DNA of 64,000 nucleotides from Escherichia coli (GTDB lineage Bacteria; Pseudomonadota; Gammaproteobacteria; Enterobacterales; Enterobacteriaceae): NCBI RefSeq assembly GCF_044324785.1, contig NZ_CP172127.1; one strand, 5' to 3'. Shown piece by piece: positions 60,717 to 64,000 of this stretch (position 1 is its first letter; each line of letters starts with the position of its first letter). The notes under the pieces were generated by a model. It saw only the letters and a program-made list of their open reading frames with translations, ran no database searches and was not told where the DNA came from. The position numbers and the translations under genes were made by a program.

Positions 60717-61591
60717 TGGCATTATTACTGGAGCCACTGCAGTTCACCTTTATGAGTCACGCACTGCTGATTTCACTGGTAGTTTCCATACCCTGTGCGC
60801 TGCTGTCGGTCTTTCTGGTCCTGAAAGGTTGGGCACTGATGGGAGACGCGATGAGTCATGCGGTTTTTCCTGGTATCGTGCTTGCGTGGATACTGGGTTT
60901 TCCTCTGGCGGGAGGAGCATTCGTCGCCGGAGTATTCTGCGCGGTGGCGACGGGATACCTGAAAGACAACAGCCGAATCAAGCAAGATACAGTGATGGGG
61001 ATTGTTTTTTCTGGCATGTTTGCCGCAGGTCTGATCTTGTATATTGCAGTCAAACCCGACGTACATCTTGACCATATTCTTTTCGGCGACATGCTCGGGG
61101 TAACCATCGGCGATATAATCCAGACGGTGATTATTGCCGGGCTGGTTACACTTGTTATTAGCGTAAAATGGCGGGATTTTTTGCTGTTCAGCTTTGATTA
61201 TCAACAGGCGCAGGTAAGCGGTTTGCATACGAGATGGCTGCATTATGGGCTGCTGTGCATGGTCTCTCTGACCATTGTGGCGACGCTGAAAGCGGTAGGT
61301 ATCATTCTCTCCATTTCTCTGCTCATTGCGCCTGGCGCCATTGCGGTACTCCTGACGCAACGCTTTCATATTGCGCTCCTGCTGGCGCTCGGTATATCGG
61401 TAATGGTCTCAATGACTGGTGTATGGCTCTCCTTTTTTATAGACAGCGCACCAGCACCAACGATTGTTATCTTATTCACGGTTGTATTCATCCTGACGTT
61501 TACCGCTTCCAGCATCAATGCTCACGCGAAGGAAAATGTCGATCCACAGGATCTCCCGACTAGTACAACAACCAGAGAGCAACATCTGTAG
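60713..61591 (+). CDS. sitD: Mn/Fe ABC transporter permease SitD
   Basis: 292 aa polytopic membrane protein paralogous to SitC. Confidence 0.9.
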   Translation: MMALLLEPLQFTFMSHALLISLVVSIPCALLSVFLVLKGWALMGDAMSHAVFPGIVLAWILGFPLAGGAFVAGVFCAVATGYLKDNSRIKQDTVMGIVFSGMFAAGLILYIAVKPDVHLDHILFGDMLGVTIGDIIQTVIIAGLVTLVISVKWRDFLLFSFDYQQAQVSGLHTRWLHYGLLCMVSLTIVATLKAVGIILSISLLIAPGAIAVLLTQRFHIALLLALGISVMVSMTGVWLSFFIDSAPAPTIVILFTVVFILTFTASSINAHAKENVDPQDLPTSTTTREQHL

Positions 61592-62074
61592 GCACATAGC
61601 AGTCATGGAGACAATCTTGTGAAGTCATAGAGTGTCGGGGGAAGGTATTGAAAGTCCCCGACCTCCGAAGAAAATATGGGCGGCATGATCAGGAAAACAC
61701 CGTCAGCTCCTGTATAAAGTTATTTGTTGCCACCGTTGCCCAAATCACTCATATCAACAAACGGAATATTCAGTTTGAATCCACATTCCATTGTGGGCGT
61801 ACGAATAGCATCAAGTTTTGCTGTATTGTCAACAACGGATGAAAAGTGGCACTTCCTTGGATTTACCTCTATATTTCCAGACATCTGTTATCACTTAACC
61901 TGTTACTGTCCTTCAACTGCAGGTGATTCAGGGGGCCAGTCTAACCGCTAAGAACATGTTCCCGAAAATTGAGATAAACACGTTATGACAGCAACGTAAA
62001 ATAAAACAGCGTTTTTTAGTCATAATGAACATGTAGAGTCCGTTTGTTCATACTCTGTGATTATCTCCATACGT

Positions 62075-62426
62075 TCATCTCTGGCGCTGCCAGATAGCGT
62101 TTTCGTTCTTACAGTCAATGCGCACCCGATACTGAATATCGGCTTTCTTCCCCCGGGCGGTGAGATGCACTGTGACTAAATTATCACCTTTACTTACCAG
62201 CTCACGAAGATTCACCCAGACAACAGGATGCTGCTGACTGAAGATCACCTAGTCATCTTTCCAGTGAAGCACCTGTTTCTGGAGATAGTCCCGTTTGACG
62301 CTGGCTGCAACAGCCGATGATTCCTGCCCTTCACATCGTGGAAAACTGACGGTTCTGTTTTTATCAGTAGCCAGTGATGATACACAAATACCGAAGGTGA
62401 GCAGAATTGAAGAGAGTGTTTTGTTT
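62075..62426 (-). pseudogene. degenerate small secreted-protein gene (start codon ATA, in-frame TAG)
   Basis: Minus-strand frame reads (ATA)NKTLSSILLTFGICVSSLATDKN...WKDD-TAG-VIFSQQHPVVWVNLREL...; absent from ORF track. Confidence 0.25.
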
Positions 62427-62522
62427 ATTTACAGAACCCCATCATGGATAGCTCATTGTATTATTACTTTACATTTTAACAACATAAAATATCACTTTCA
62501 GAAGCAACAATCACATAACTTC

Positions 62523-63635
62523 TTATCCATTATTAATCACCTTATACAACGGGAGCATCGCCGCGCCGCATGACGCACTCTGTGCTCCCATCGAAGAGGC
62601 AGCTAACTTCACTCTGGGGCGGTTGGGATCGAGGCAGGCTTCCATCAGTTGATTCAGTTCCTGCACCAGACGACTGATAATCGGTTTCGGCATCGCGCCA
62701 CCGAGTACGATGATTTGCGGGTCTACCCACTGCACACAGCTGAAGAGCGTCTGCTCCACCTGGCCACGACAGCGTTCAAACCAGCTTTCCAGCAGTGGGT
62801 GCTGCCCGGCTATCAGCTCCGGTAGCTTAGTTTCACTGAATCCTTCACGCTCCAGTGTGGCAAGCAAATCCTTATACGACGGGCGCGGTGTACCGGATGG
62901 AAACGCCATCCCGACTTCACCGGCATTGCAGAACCCGCCGCGTAGCATTTTATTCCCGGAGATAATACCCGCGCCGATACCGTAGCCAAGGTCGATAAAG
63001 GTTAGATCGCTGTACGCATTCCATTTGCCGCTGTACAGTTCACCTACCGCCGAGGCGTTGGCATTATTTTCCACCCACGTCGGCCACGGCAGGTTGTCGG
63101 CAAACGCCTGCTGGAGATCTACCTCACGCCAGCTCTCCAGCCACGGTACGCTGTGGCGCTTGCGACCATCCGCTTTCAGAAATCCGGGCACTGCATAGCC
63201 AATGCCGAGAATACGTGCGTGCTGGAGCTGGCGCTTTTTCAGCATTTTCTCCACCAAGGTTTTGATCTGCGCGAGAGAGGCCTCCAGTGGCTGATTCTCC
63301 TGATGTGCTTCGCAAAGCGACAGCAGCTGGCGACCACTGAGATCGACCACCGTCATATCGATAAAACCGGGACTGAACGACAACCCGATAGCACAACCGC
63401 CGCCGGGGTTAAGGCGCAACGGCAGCGACGGCTGGCCGCGCTGCCCGGTATTGCGCTCCCCTTCCACCACCAGGCCGGAGAACATCAGCTCTCGGCACTG
63501 TTGGGTGATCGCCCCCGCCGTCAGTCCCGACAGCCGTGCCAGTTCAGCCCGCGTCACCGGGGCGTGGAGACGGATCAGTTCCAGCAGCAGGCGCTGCGAA
63601 CCACGTAGTTCAAGGCGTTCAGAGTGGGCGTTCAT
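62523..63635 (-). CDS. ROK-family transcriptional regulator (NagC/Mlc-like)
   Basis: 370 aa; N-terminal HTH and ROK sugar-kinase-like fold. Confidence 0.7.
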   Translation of the reverse strand: MNAHSERLELRGSQRLLLELIRLHAPVTRAELARLSGLTAGAITQQCRELMFSGLVVEGERNTGQRGQPSLPLRLNPGGGCAIGLSFSPGFIDMTVVDLSGRQLLSLCEAHQENQPLEASLAQIKTLVEKMLKKRQLQHARILGIGYAVPGFLKADGRKRHSVPWLESWREVDLQQAFADNLPWPTWVENNANASAVGELYSGKWNAYSDLTFIDLGYGIGAGIISGNKMLRGGFCNAGEVGMAFPSGTPRPSYKDLLATLEREGFSETKLPELIAGQHPLLESWFERCRGQVEQTLFSCVQWVDPQIIVLGGAMPKPIISRLVQELNQLMEACLDPNRPRVKLAASSMGAQSASCGAAMLPLYKVINNG

Positions 63636-63650
63636 GGTGTCCTTATTTTT

Positions 63651-64000
63651 CTAGTTCCAGCGCAGGCCTGCTTCTTCAATCAGTCCCTGCAAATACGGAA
63701 TATCATCGTGGCTGAGCATATCAATCAGCCCCGCCTGCATCCAGCCGATAATCACCGGACGACTGTCACAGCCGAATTTATAGTCGTACTGCTCCAGCGG
63801 CGTCATGCCGTTTTTCATTTCATGCAGATACATCCGCACGCCCAGTCCGGCATTTTTGTAGGCCCGCAGGTCGTCGATATGGGCGAACTCGAACTCAAAG
63901 CAGACGCATCCGGCATTGGACTGCTGTACAGCCGCAAGCTGGTTATTGTAGCGCTCCAGCGTCACCACCTGTAACGCCAGTTGCGGGATTTGCGCCTTCA
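63651..64000 (-). CDS. C-terminal part of an unidentified protein, running off the right window edge
   Basis: Open frame from window end to stop at 63651; possibly sugar-metabolism enzyme next to ROK regulator. Confidence 0.3.
   Translation of the reverse strand, partial: KAQIPQLALQVVTLERYNNQLAAVQQSNAGCVCFEFEFAHIDDLRAYKNAGLGVRMYLHEMKNGMTPLEQYDYKFGCDSRPVIIGWMQAGLIDMLSHDDIPYLQGLIEEAGLRWN

Overview
Read by eye from the sequence and the supplied ORF track; no database search, tRNA scan or folding was run, so every family assignment is recall-based and all IS and prophage boundaries are approximate. The window looks like Escherichia/Shigella-type accessory DNA in three blocks. (1) Positions 1 to about 20790 hold a Mu-like transposable prophage with an unusual divergent layout: head, terminase and lysis genes on the minus strand (1-8654), a roughly 2.4 kb central cargo region (P-loop NTPase, two small ORFs, Dam-like methylase), then repressor, Ner-like, transposase A/B, Gam, GemA and Mor on the plus strand (11195-19684), a terminator, a membrane-protein moron, and a right end that appears to sit inside a truncated Tat-signal phoX-like gene. 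(2) Positions about 21400-57900 are an IS-rich mosaic: IS5, IS630, IS21, IS100-like, IS66-, IS110-, IS256- and IS200-type pieces, an IS3 copy split by a group II intron, integrative-conjugative-element remnants, and cargo genes iha (Fur box), an amiC-like amidase next to about 600 bp of AT-rich non-coding DNA, a ParB-like gene and a prophage-type sodC. A near-identical ~600 bp IS911-like/intron fragment occurs as an inverted pair about 29.7 kb apart. (3) Positions 58121-61591 hold sitABCD with Fur and MntR boxes, followed by a ROK-family regulator. The best candidates for an undescribed system are the prophage central cargo locus (8785-11078) and the right-end moron (19799-20596); neither could be assigned a function from sequence alone. 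No CRISPR array, rRNA or tRNA was recognised.
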